Positions 9,393-17,761 of a stretch of 64,000 nt of DNA are shown in pieces. Source of the stretch: Longimicrobiales bacterium (lineage in GTDB: Bacteria > Gemmatimonadota > Gemmatimonadetes > Longimicrobiales > Gaopeijiaceae); assembly GCA_965248195.1 (NCBI GenBank), contig CBDFIQ010000002.1:2176001-2240000 (forward strand). Direction: 5' to 3'. Each line of letters starts with the position of its first letter. The first letter of the stretch is position 1. Made by a program: the position numbers and the translations under genes. Below the pieces are notes generated by a model. The model saw only the letters and a program-made list of their open reading frames with translations. It did not search any database and had not been told where the DNA came from.

Positions 9393-12067
9393 CAGCCCCC
9401 GGCTTCACGAATGAGCCTCTCCACCACATCTCGCCCCATTTGGAGCGCCTCGTCGATGCGATCGGGGTCCTCGACGCCCGCTTGGGCCATATGGGGCCGC
9501 CCACCACCCCGGCCTCCGACCACGGCGGCGATCTCGCGGACGACGGCATCGGCTCGGATGCCCCGGCCGATCAAGTCATCGGTGACGAAGGCGAAGAGCG
9601 TATGTTTACCCTCGGGCAGATCGGCCGACACCACCGCCACACCGCTCGCTTCCTCGGTGAGAAAGTTGTCACCCCACTTTCGGGCATCGTCGGCGTTACG
9701 GGCCCGAAGGCGTACCGCCTTGTACTCGGCAGTGACTAGGTCATCGAACGAGATCAAATCGCGCAAGAAAACGCTCTCACCCGCCCCTCCACTGCTTCGG
9801 AGTTCATCCAAGAGCCCCTCCAGGTCCTTGATTTCGGCGAGGAGTTGCCCAGCTCGGGTCGCGGCGTTTTCCTGAGATGTTCCAAGAATCGCGGCGACCT
9901 CGTCCAGTCGGGTCGTCCGCTCTTCCAGACTCCGCAGTGCCCGGCGGCCCGTGATCCCCTCGATGCGGCGCACGCCAGCGGCCACCCCGGTTTCACTCGT
10001 GATCTTGAACAAGCCGATGTCCCCCGTGTGCCCAACGTGGGTCCCACCGCAAAGCTCCATGCTGACACCAGGTATCTCGACAACTCGAACAACGTCGTCG
10101 TACTTTTCCCCAAAAAGCGCCATCGCCCCATCGCGGACGGCCTCATCATAGGCACGAGGGCCGATCACAAGCGGGTGATCCTCCCAAATGCCCTCTCTCA
10201 CGATCTCCTCCACCGCCCGTCGCTCATCCTCGGTCATCGGCGCAGTATGTGAAAAATCGAACCTCAGCCGATCGGGGTTCACGAGCGAACCCCGTTGAAC
10301 CACGTGGGTGCCTAGGACCGTCCGAAGTGCTGCATGCAGGAGGTGGGTGGCGGTGTGATTCCTCTGCGTGTCTCGCCGCGAGACCGCATCCACTATCGCC
10401 CGAACCTGAAGCGGCGCCTCCGGACGCTCGGGAAACGCTCCCTCCGGACCCGTCCCGAGCAGCGCCACTCGATCACCGACTGTGGCCACATCCCGGATTC
10501 GGCTCGACCATCCGTCTCCCTCCACGAGGCCGGTGTCGGAAACCTGTCCTCCCCCTTCGAGGTAGAACGGATTGTCGGCAATTTGGAGGGCCAGGCCATC
10601 CTCCGAGATCCGGACTGCCAACACGTTCGTGGCGGACTCGAGTTGATCGTAGCCGGTGAAACGCTGTTCACCTCCCTCCTCGAGTGTCTCCCATCCCTCG
10701 ACCAGATCCCCTCCCGAAAGCTTGACGTCGGACTTGGCCCGGTCCGCCCGGCTGCGCTCCCGCTGCCCCTCCAAGGCGTTTTCGAATGCCTTTACGTCGA
10801 CGGTGTAACCCCTTTCCTCGGCCATGAGCTCAGTGAGGTCCAGTGGGAAACCGAACGTGTCGTACAATTTGAACGCGTCGGCCCCCGAGATTACCGCTTT
10901 GCGCTTCTTCGGAGTGCCGGATTCGGGGGCCAACTCATCGAAGCGGGCCAACCCACCCTCGATCGAAGAGAGAAAACGATCCTCCTCTGCTCGCGTGGTG
11001 CTCACAAGGTGCTCCCGACTCTCCTCCAGCTCCGGATACGCCTCGCTCATCCCCTCGATGACGGCCGCGACCACCAGAACCAGCGTCGGCTCGCGACGCC
11101 CCAACAGCCACGCATGTCGGACCGCCCTCCTCAGAATCCGCCGTAGGACGTAACCCCGCCCAGCGTTGGAAGGAAACACGCCATCCGACAGAAGAAAGGC
11201 CACAGCGCGGGCATGATCCGCCAGAACCCGGTAGCCGACGCCCTCGTCCGACTCAGGGTCGTAGGGGCGCCCCAAAATCTCGGATACGACCTCGAGCAGA
11301 GGGGAAAACGCATCCGTGTGGTAGTTCGAGTCCGCCCCCTGGACAACCGCCGCCAGGCGTTCAAGCCCTAGCCCCGTATCGATGGAGGGCGCGGGCAGCG
11401 GGTGTAGCGTGCCCTCGTCGTCGCGGTTGAACTGCATGAAAACCAGATTCCACAGCTCAATGAGGATCCCGCGCTCTCCGAGATCGACGAACTCTTCAAG
11501 GGTCGGGGTACTCGTACGCTCCTCGGTCGGCCGGAGGTCGTAGTGTAACTCGGAGCATGGACCACACGGTCCGGTATCGGCCATCTGCCAGAAGTTGTCC
11601 TTGTCGCCGAGCCGGAAAATCCGTTCCGGCGGGACATCCACCACCTCCTGCCAGAGATCGAACGCCTCATCGTCGGATTCGTGGATCGAAATAAAGAGAC
11701 GATCGGGGTCCAGACCCAGCTCGCCCGTCAGGAATTCCCATGCGTAGGCGATGGCGTCGCGCTTGAAGTAATCCCCAAACGAAAAATTGCCCAGCATTTC
11801 GAAGAAGGTGTGATGCCTGGCAGTTCTCCCCACCTCCTCGAGATCGTTGTGCTTCCCACCGGCCCGGACGCACTTCTGAGACGTGGCCGCTCTGTTGAAG
11901 GGAAGCTCCTCTACGCCCAAGAAAACGCCCTTGAACTGGACCATACCTGCGTTCGTGAAAAGCAGCGTCGGATCGTTCTTCGGAACGAGGGACGAACTCG
12001 TCTCGACGGAGTGGCCTCGCGCACGGAAGAATTCGAGAAAACTCGTTCGGATTTCAGCTGTGGTCAT
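9392..12067 (-). CDS. alaS: Alanine--tRNA ligase
   Basis: DPTLLFTNAGMVQFK, RHHTFFEMLGNFSFGDYFK, editing motifs HTATHLLH and ELCGGTH, C-terminal GGRGGG. Confidence 0.99.
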   Translation of the reverse strand: MTTAEIRTSFLEFFRARGHSVETSSSLVPKNDPTLLFTNAGMVQFKGVFLGVEELPFNRAATSQKCVRAGGKHNDLEEVGRTARHHTFFEMLGNFSFGDYFKRDAIAYAWEFLTGELGLDPDRLFISIHESDDEAFDLWQEVVDVPPERIFRLGDKDNFWQMADTGPCGPCSELHYDLRPTEERTSTPTLEEFVDLGERGILIELWNLVFMQFNRDDEGTLHPLPAPSIDTGLGLERLAAVVQGADSNYHTDAFSPLLEVVSEILGRPYDPESDEGVGYRVLADHARAVAFLLSDGVFPSNAGRGYVLRRILRRAVRHAWLLGRREPTLVLVVAAVIEGMSEAYPELEESREHLVSTTRAEEDRFLSSIEGGLARFDELAPESGTPKKRKAVISGADAFKLYDTFGFPLDLTELMAEERGYTVDVKAFENALEGQRERSRADRAKSDVKLSGGDLVEGWETLEEGGEQRFTGYDQLESATNVLAVRISEDGLALQIADNPFYLEGGGQVSDTGLVEGDGWSSRIRDVATVGDRVALLGTGPEGAFPERPEAPLQVRAIVDAVSRRDTQRNHTATHLLHAALRTVLGTHVVQRGSLVNPDRLRFDFSHTAPMTEDERRAVEEIVREGIWEDHPLVIGPRAYDEAVRDGAMALFGEKYDDVVRVVEIPGVSMELCGGTHVGHTGDIGLFKITSETGVAAGVRRIEGITGRRALRSLEERTTRLDEVAAILGTSQENAATRAGQLLAEIKDLEGLLDELRSSGGAGESVFLRDLISFDDLVTAEYKAVRLRARNADDARKWGDNFLTEEASGVAVVSADLPEGKHTLFAFVTDDLIGRGIRADAVVREIAAVVGGRGGGRPHMAQAGVEDPDRIDEALQMGRDVVERLIREAGG

Positions 12068-12098
12068 GATGCCTGCGGTTGGGCGTCCATTGGCGCCC

Positions 12099-12107
12099 AT
12101 TATAACA
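12099..12107 (-). promoter_or_regulatory. Extended -10 promoter for the alaS operon
   Basis: TGTTATAAT, i.e. TG-n-TATAAT, 32 nt upstream of the alaS ATG. Confidence 0.65.
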
Positions 12108-12189
12108 ACTTAACAGGCTCGACCACACCGTTCTTGGTTGGGGAACGGGCGTTGACTCCGCGTGGGTGACTCTTAGGATCGGAGCCTGT

Positions 12190-13287
12190 TCAACCGCCGC
12201 CGCTCACCGCGGCTTCCTTCAAAGGCTCGTCCTTGGGTTCGTTTGTAGCTTCTTCGATCTCCGGTTCCTCCCCCAGACCGATCGAATCGCGAACGCGAGC
12301 GTCCACTTCCTCTAGCACATCCGGATTTTCCTTGAGGAAGTCCCTCGAATTTTCTTTCCCTTGTCCGAGGCGTAGATCCCCATACGAATACCAGGACCCG
12401 GATTTCTCGATGATTCCCTCCTCGACGCCGATATCGATGAGCAGGCTTTCATGGCTGATCCCGACGTTGTAGAGGATATCGAATTCGGCCTGCCTGAACG
12501 GAGGAGCACACTTGTTCTTCACGACCTTTACGCGTGTCCGGTTGCCGATGATATCTGCTCCATCCTTGATCGCGCCGATACGGCGAATATCCATCCGCAG
12601 GGAGGCATAGAACTTCAGTGCACGGCCCCCCGTAGTCGTCTCGGGATTGCCGTACATGACCCCGATTTTTTCGCGAATCTGGTTGGTGAAGATCACCGAG
12701 GTCTGGGAGCGGGCCACGGCACCCGTGAGCTTGCGTAGCGCCTGACTCATCAGCCGGGCCTGTAGACCGACATGCGAGTCACCCATCTCCCCTTCGATCT
12801 CCGCCCTCGGGACGAGAGCAGCGACCGAATCGATGACGACTACATCGATCGCATTACTCCGGATCAGTACCTCGGCGATCTCGAGCGCCTGCTCGCCTGT
12901 ATCCGGCTGGGACACGAGCAGGTTGTCTACGTCCACCCCGAGCTTGCGCGAGTACGTCACATCCAAGGCGTGCTCCGCGTCGATGAAGGCGGCGATCCCG
13001 CCCGCCCGCTGGGCATTGGCAATGATATGAAGGCACAGGGTGGTCTTACCACTCGACTCCGGCCCGTAGATCTCGGTGATCCTCCCTCTCGGGATGCCAC
13101 CGATGCCAATGGCCGCGTCAAGATTGATAGCCCCGGTGGGAATCGCCTCGATTTCCACCCTCATGCTATCGTCGCCCATCCACATGATGGCGCCCTTCCC
13201 GAAGGAACGCTCGATCTGCGTGAGGGCCGTCGTGAGGGCCTTCGTCTTCTTGTCGCCCCGGTCACCGTTCACTTCAAGCGTCGCCAT
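12190..13287 (-). CDS. recA: Recombinase A
   Basis: [55 protein letters not shown] before ATG 13287. Confidence 0.99.
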   Translation of the reverse strand: MATLEVNGDRGDKKTKALTTALTQIERSFGKGAIMWMGDDSMRVEIEAIPTGAINLDAAIGIGGIPRGRITEIYGPESSGKTTLCLHIIANAQRAGGIAAFIDAEHALDVTYSRKLGVDVDNLLVSQPDTGEQALEIAEVLIRSNAIDVVVIDSVAALVPRAEIEGEMGDSHVGLQARLMSQALRKLTGAVARSQTSVIFTNQIREKIGVMYGNPETTTGGRALKFYASLRMDIRRIGAIKDGADIIGNRTRVKVVKNKCAPPFRQAEFDILYNVGISHESLLIDIGVEEGIIEKSGSWYSYGDLRLGQGKENSRDFLKENPDVLEEVDARVRDSIGLGEEPEIEEATNEPKDEPLKEAAVSGGG

Positions 13288-13319
13288 TGCGTCCTCGCAG
13301 AATTCGTGGGTTGGCACCT

Positions 13320-13347
13320 ATTGTACCACACCCGAAGATAAAGCGAA
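13320..13347 (-). promoter_or_regulatory. recA promoter: extended -10 with upstream TTCG-N7-TTCG direct repeat
   Basis: Minus strand reads TTCGCTTTATCTTCG-GGTG-TGG-TACAAT. Confidence 0.55.
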
Positions 13348-13458
13348 AGTCCTCTTAGCGCCCGATGGTCAGGCGACAGAAAATAGCCGGCCTCCGAGGG
13401 CCAGTAAATGTCCCTTCGAGACGTTTTCTCCAGCCCGGAGCCACGATCGAAGCCCAGA

Positions 13459-14841
13459 TCATCCAGGCACCTGTGAGTACGGTTGCCACACCCCGGGGCG
13501 TACCGGCACGTATAGGATTTCTGGTGGGGTACCCCCGGTACCCGTGCTAAAAAGTGGCACTCCCAAGTGCTCACCGACTTGCCGGATGTCGCCACAATCC
13601 AGCCGAACAGCGGCGCCGAATTTACCGTAGGTGCGCTGCTCGAACGTGATGTCGTCGTCGGCCTCGAACCAGGCACCGCCCTCGGCATAGACACCCGCAA
13701 GGACCATGGCTGGCCGTAATTCGCTCAAGGGAGTTCGGGACGGCCCGACCAGGGTGTCTCCAGCGGGCGTGAGAAGCACCTCGACCCCGTCCCCCGTCGA
13801 TAGGCAGAGCGTACCGGGCCTTCCGGCCGGCGGCGGGGGGGTCTGGATGCGGGTGACCACAACCGTGTCCGGTGGGGCGGCCGGCAACACCACCACGTCG
13901 GGATTGGGCCGGTCGCGGAGTGAAGCTCGGCAGAGCCCGCCGCCACAGAGGGCCACCGAGGCGATGAGCCCGAACTTGGAACTCCGGTATACCGTGGTAT
14001 TCGACGAATGATTCACGCCCAGTACATGGGTGCCAAGCCTCACACCATTCAGATCCAATTGGGTCCCGACGTTCCAGTCGAATCCGTTGTAATCGCTCAT
14101 GAAAGTGAGCATCCGGCTTTCGGCTAATTCCAGATTCCATGCCACCCCCGCGAACCAGCCACCGCTGTCGCCCGAGGCATACCACTCCAATCGGTCGGCC
14201 TCCTTGAACAGTCCGTTTCCCCAACCCACCGTGAAGGAGAAGTCGTGATCGGGCAGAAAGGAGGAGGGGAGACCGGGAAGATCCCAGCCCGCCACCGCGT
14301 AAAAGGAGAACCCGGTGTCGATCTCCCGCGAGCCCAGCTGGCCACGGAGTCGGCGGTCTGCCCTTCCGAGACGGTTCGGGGCGTAGGCGATGCCATCACC
14401 GAAATCGGGGCTGCTCGAATACCGCCCTCCGACCGCCAATCCGATGGGCTGCGTCTGAGGGCTCAGAATCGAGAGCCGGCCGAAGCCTCCCCAGAGGGTC
14501 CCTCCCTCCTCGGTATCGCTCAGGGACTGGAGATTGAGCCCGAACTCAAACAAATCGAAGAGCCCACGGGCAACGGCGAGATCACTGTTCCAGCCTCCGG
14601 GGAAGGCCTCGGTTCCCGTGATGTTACCCGAGGCATCGGTCGTGACGTCGGTATCGTTGCTCGTCCAGAAACCGGAGTAGGTGACGGTCAAGGCGCGATC
14701 CGCCAGCACCCCGGCCACCGGAATGTCGATCAACCCGGAGCCATGGCGAAGGGTGCTCGGGACCTTGGTCGTCTGAGCTGCGACACCGGAGGCTACGATC
14801 AGAGCGACCGGGAGGCCGAGGCTTCTAGCACCGAGCAGAAT
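13459..14841 (-). CDS. Hypothetical secreted / outer-membrane beta-rich protein with Pro-rich linker and C-terminal domain; probable ATT start
   Basis: Signal-like ILLGARSLGLPVALIVASGVAA-Q, alternating aromatic beta-strand pattern, PAAPP...TPPPP linker. Confidence 0.75.
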   Translation of the reverse strand: MLLGARSLGLPVALIVASGVAAQTTKVPSTLRHGSGLIDIPVAGVLADRALTVTYSGFWTSNDTDVTTDASGNITGTEAFPGGWNSDLAVARGLFDLFEFGLNLQSLSDTEEGGTLWGGFGRLSILSPQTQPIGLAVGGRYSSSPDFGDGIAYAPNRLGRADRRLRGQLGSREIDTGFSFYAVAGWDLPGLPSSFLPDHDFSFTVGWGNGLFKEADRLEWYASGDSGGWFAGVAWNLELAESRMLTFMSDYNGFDWNVGTQLDLNGVRLGTHVLGVNHSSNTTVYRSSKFGLIASVALCGGGLCRASLRDRPNPDVVVLPAAPPDTVVVTRIQTPPPPAGRPGTLCLSTGDGVEVLLTPAGDTLVGPSRTPLSELRPAMVLAGVYAEGGAWFEADDDITFEQRTYGKFGAAVRLDCGDIRQVGEHLGVPLFSTGTGGTPPEILYVPVRPGVWQPYSQVPG

Positions 14842-14846
14842 CGCCC

Positions 14847-15083
14847 CTACTCCGAGCCGAGGCGCTCCTCGACCCGCCGAAGCCGCCGGACGATCGAGAT
14901 CACCCAACCGAGAATGAGAAGCAAGACGACGGCGTACGCGGCAAATACGTGCCAGTAGGCGCGCCCGAGTGTCTGGCGGCCCAGGACCGTTCCCGCCTGC
15001 GCCCACACCGGGCTGGCCTGGAAAAGGAGAACCCCGAGCAAGAGGGCTGTCGTCCATCGAGAAAACCATTTCCGATCCATCAT
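14847..15083 (-). CDS. ccmD: Heme exporter protein CcmD-like
   Basis: Small ORF coupled to the ccmC stop; YWHVFAAYAVV...ILGW TM followed by basic RRLRRVEE. Confidence 0.75.
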   Translation of the reverse strand: MMDRKWFSRWTTALLLGVLLFQASPVWAQAGTVLGRQTLGRAYWHVFAAYAVVLLLILGWVISIVRRLRRVEERLGSE

Positions 15084-15799
15084 CAGGCCTCTGCTCCTTG
15101 TGCGCTCTTGAGAGTCGCGTCCCGAAGGCTCAATTCGTGCTCGTACCCCGCAACCGCGTACCGGGCCAGGAAAAGGCAAGCAAATACCAGGGTGAAGGCT
15201 AGGAGCCCCACGCCGAACGTCGCATACATCATGCGGTCAAGATCCTGAGCCAGACCGTCAGGGTTGAGGATCACGGGTTCGGGGTGCAGAGATCGGAGCC
15301 AGGTGACGCTGACGTGAATCAGGGGGATATCGAGGACACCGATGACCCCGACGACGGCCGCGAACCGTTTGCCCTGCTCGGGGTTCACCGTACTTCTCCT
15401 CACGAGGAAGTACCCTAGGTAGATGAACCAGAGTATCAAGGCGAGCGTGAGTCTCGGCTCCCACGTCCACCACGTGCCCCAAGCCACCCGCGCCCATAAT
15501 GGGCCCGTGAGCAAACCGATGGTCGTGAAGATCATACCGGCCTCTGCCCCCGTCACCGCCGCGCGATCGAGGCGCTCGTCTCCCAGCCAGAGGTACACGG
15601 CGCTGCAAAGACCGACGATTCCGAACCCCAGGAAAGCCACCCACCAGGCCGGCACGTGGATGTAGAAGATCCGCTGGACGAGCCCCATCGCCGACTCGGT
15701 CGGCACCCAGAAGAACACCATCCAGTACAGCGCGATAAAGGTCGCCACCCCCAGCGTGCCCAGGACGCCGACCGCCCACGGGGTTTGCTTCTGGGTCAT
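15083..15799 (-). CDS. ccmC: Heme exporter / cytochrome c biogenesis protein CcmC
   Basis: QRIFYIHVP, tryptophan-rich WARVAWGTWWTWEPRLT motif, SLHP. Confidence 0.93.
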   Translation of the reverse strand: MTQKQTPWAVGVLGTLGVATFIALYWMVFFWVPTESAMGLVQRIFYIHVPAWWVAFLGFGIVGLCSAVYLWLGDERLDRAAVTGAEAGMIFTTIGLLTGPLWARVAWGTWWTWEPRLTLALILWFIYLGYFLVRRSTVNPEQGKRFAAVVGVIGVLDIPLIHVSVTWLRSLHPEPVILNPDGLAQDLDRMMYATFGVGLLAFTLVFACLFLARYAVAGYEHELSLRDATLKSAQGAEA

Positions 15800-15847
15800 G
15801 TACCCTCCTGAGTGAACAACACGAGACCTGGACCCCCCTCTCCGGCC

Positions 15848-16528
15848 TTACTCTTCGATCACGAACCTGAACAACCAGGCGCACACGATCGTGAAGATGA
15901 TCGCGAAGGCCGCCAGCATCCTCAGGTTCCCGCTGACCTCCGCGACGGGCCGTCCGGCGAACAGGCGATTCGTCGCCGTGGTCCCGTAAACTACGACGGG
16001 AACCAGGAGAGGGAAGACGAGAACAGGCAGCAGGCTCTCTCCCATCGAGCTTCGAGTCGCCATCGCGCTGAAAAGTGTCGTCAGCGAGACGAACCCCAGA
16101 ACGCCCAAAGCCACGACCGCAACCAGGGTGATCGGATTCCCCGAGAACCGTAAGCCGAAGAACGCTCCAAATACAACGAAGACCAGGGCCGCCATCACCG
16201 ACAGCAAGACGAAGTTCCCGAGGACCTTGCCCAGGTAGAGGGCATCGAGAGGAATGGGGCTCTGGAGAATTCCGGCTAGTGCACCATCCTCCTCCTCCAG
16301 CCGAAACGTTCTCCCCATCCCGAGCATGCCGCCGAAGATGATGGTCAACCAGATCAGTGCTCCGGCGATGTCCTGCGGCCGCACCACCGCTGTGTCGATG
16401 GAAAAATTGAAGAGCACGCCGCTCAAGACCGCGAACGCCCCCATGGAAGTAAGCCGCTCGCGGGTTCGAAACTCGACCAATAGATCCTTGCGGGCGATGG
16501 CCCACACGAGATCGACGTACGACCTCAT
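15848..16528 (-). CDS. ccmB: Heme exporter permease CcmB
   Basis: KDLLVEFR, FRLEEEDG, LLPVLVFPLLVP; multi-TM; ccm context. Confidence 0.92.
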   Translation of the reverse strand: MRSYVDLVWAIARKDLLVEFRTRERLTSMGAFAVLSGVLFNFSIDTAVVRPQDIAGALIWLTIIFGGMLGMGRTFRLEEEDGALAGILQSPIPLDALYLGKVLGNFVLLSVMAALVFVVFGAFFGLRFSGNPITLVAVVALGVLGFVSLTTLFSAMATRSSMGESLLPVLVFPLLVPVVVYGTTATNRLFAGRPVAEVSGNLRMLAAFAIIFTIVCAWLFRFVIEE

Positions 16529-17238
16529 GCGGGACCCTCTACTGTGGCGTGGTACAGCGCCTCGAACTCTGCGAGGTCCAGACTCGCCGAGTCCCGCACA
16601 GACGAAAATCGCCCCTGAACCTGAATGGCAACTCGATCGGCCAACTCCAATCCCTGTATGAGATTATGCGTGACGAGCACGACCGTTCGTCGCCCATCCT
16701 TCAGCGATGCGAGTTGCTCGCGGAGCACGGCGGAAGCGTGCGGGTCGAGCCCGGTGTAGGGTTCGTCCAAGAGCAACACCTCGGGATCATGAAGGAGAGC
16801 CCGGGCGAGCGCTACCCGCTGCTTGAGGCCGCGAGACAGCTCACGCACCGGTGTCCGTGCCCGGTCCGTGAGTCCCAGGGACACCAACCGCTCCGGAATC
16901 CGCGTCTTCAAGTCCGTGAGTCCGAACAGCCGGCCGTAAAACCGCAGGTTCTCTTCGGTGGTGAGTGGCCCGTACAGGAGCGACTGGTGGGATACGAAGC
17001 CGACACGGTGTCTCCAGTCTCGACCCGCCACGTTCGCCGGTGCTCCCGCCACACGAACCTGTCCTGAGGTCGGCTTCATTACGCCGCCGAGCATTCGCAG
17101 AAGTGTCGTTTTCCCGGCCCCGTTGGGTCCGAAGACGGTGAGCATTTCACCGGGCTGAAGTTGGAAGCTCACGTCGTCGACCGCGCGGAGCCCCCCGAAA
17201 GTACGAACGAGTCCTACCGCCTCCAGCCCGAAACTCAA
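16525..17238 (-). CDS. ccmA: Heme ABC exporter ATP-binding protein CcmA
   Basis: GPNGAGKT, LSRGLKQR, LLDEP, H-loop VTH; directly upstream of ccmB. Confidence 0.9.
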   Translation of the reverse strand: MSFGLEAVGLVRTFGGLRAVDDVSFQLQPGEMLTVFGPNGAGKTTLLRMLGGVMKPTSGQVRVAGAPANVAGRDWRHRVGFVSHQSLLYGPLTTEENLRFYGRLFGLTDLKTRIPERLVSLGLTDRARTPVRELSRGLKQRVALARALLHDPEVLLLDEPYTGLDPHASAVLREQLASLKDGRRTVVLVTHNLIQGLELADRVAIQVQGRFSSVRDSASLDLAEFEALYHATVEGPA

Positions 17239-17247
17239 CGCCCCACC

Positions 17248-17757
17248 CTAAGCGGAAGCCGGGTTTCCGGCCGTGGTGGCGACCCCACCCAACCGCCCGC
17301 CGCAGCCTGAACAGAAGCGGCTCTTCTTGACATTCAGGTGCCCACATCCGGGGCAGGTCCGGCCCTCTGCCATCCCCTTACGCGCACGTGCGATCTCGGC
17401 TTCGAGACGGTCGCCGTCCGGGTCGGGGCTGGCACCCTTCGTGGAGTTCGTGGCAGCATCCGCGGGAGTCCCTTCGTCCGCGGCATGGCCGGCCGTGCCC
17501 TCCTCTCGCATAGCCTCCAACGCCTGACGAGCCAGATCGGACTTGATAAGCTGGTAGTCCGCCCGGTCGATTTTCCCGGCGCGAAGGTCGTATTCGGCGT
17601 CGCGGAGCCCCCGGAGTGCAGCCTGCTTACGGGCGTCGACCTCGGTGACCTCGTCGTCCGAGCACTCTATAGTGGCCCAGTCCCCCCGCAGGACAGGCAG
17701 CATGACGAAGAGGATCACGCCGGCTGAGACGAGCGTCATCCCAACGATCAACCCCAC
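17248..17757 (-). CDS. Membrane-anchored zinc-ribbon protein (CcmI-N-terminus-like)
   Basis: GTG at 17757 after the ccmF stop; N-terminal TM, LRDAEYDLRAGKIDRADY helix, C-terminal CPGC...CSGC. Confidence 0.75.
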   Translation of the reverse strand: MGLIVGMTLVSAGVILFVMLPVLRGDWATIECSDDEVTEVDARKQAALRGLRDAEYDLRAGKIDRADYQLIKSDLARQALEAMREEGTAGHAADEGTPADAATNSTKGASPDPDGDRLEAEIARARKGMAEGRTCPGCGHLNVKKSRFCSGCGGRLGGVATTAGNPASA

Positions 17758-17761
17758 GTCA

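Noticed and set aside
14854..15069. N-terminal extension of the 13459..15069 ORF
   Set aside because: Overlaps ccmD in another frame; a signal peptide begins only after the ccmD stop
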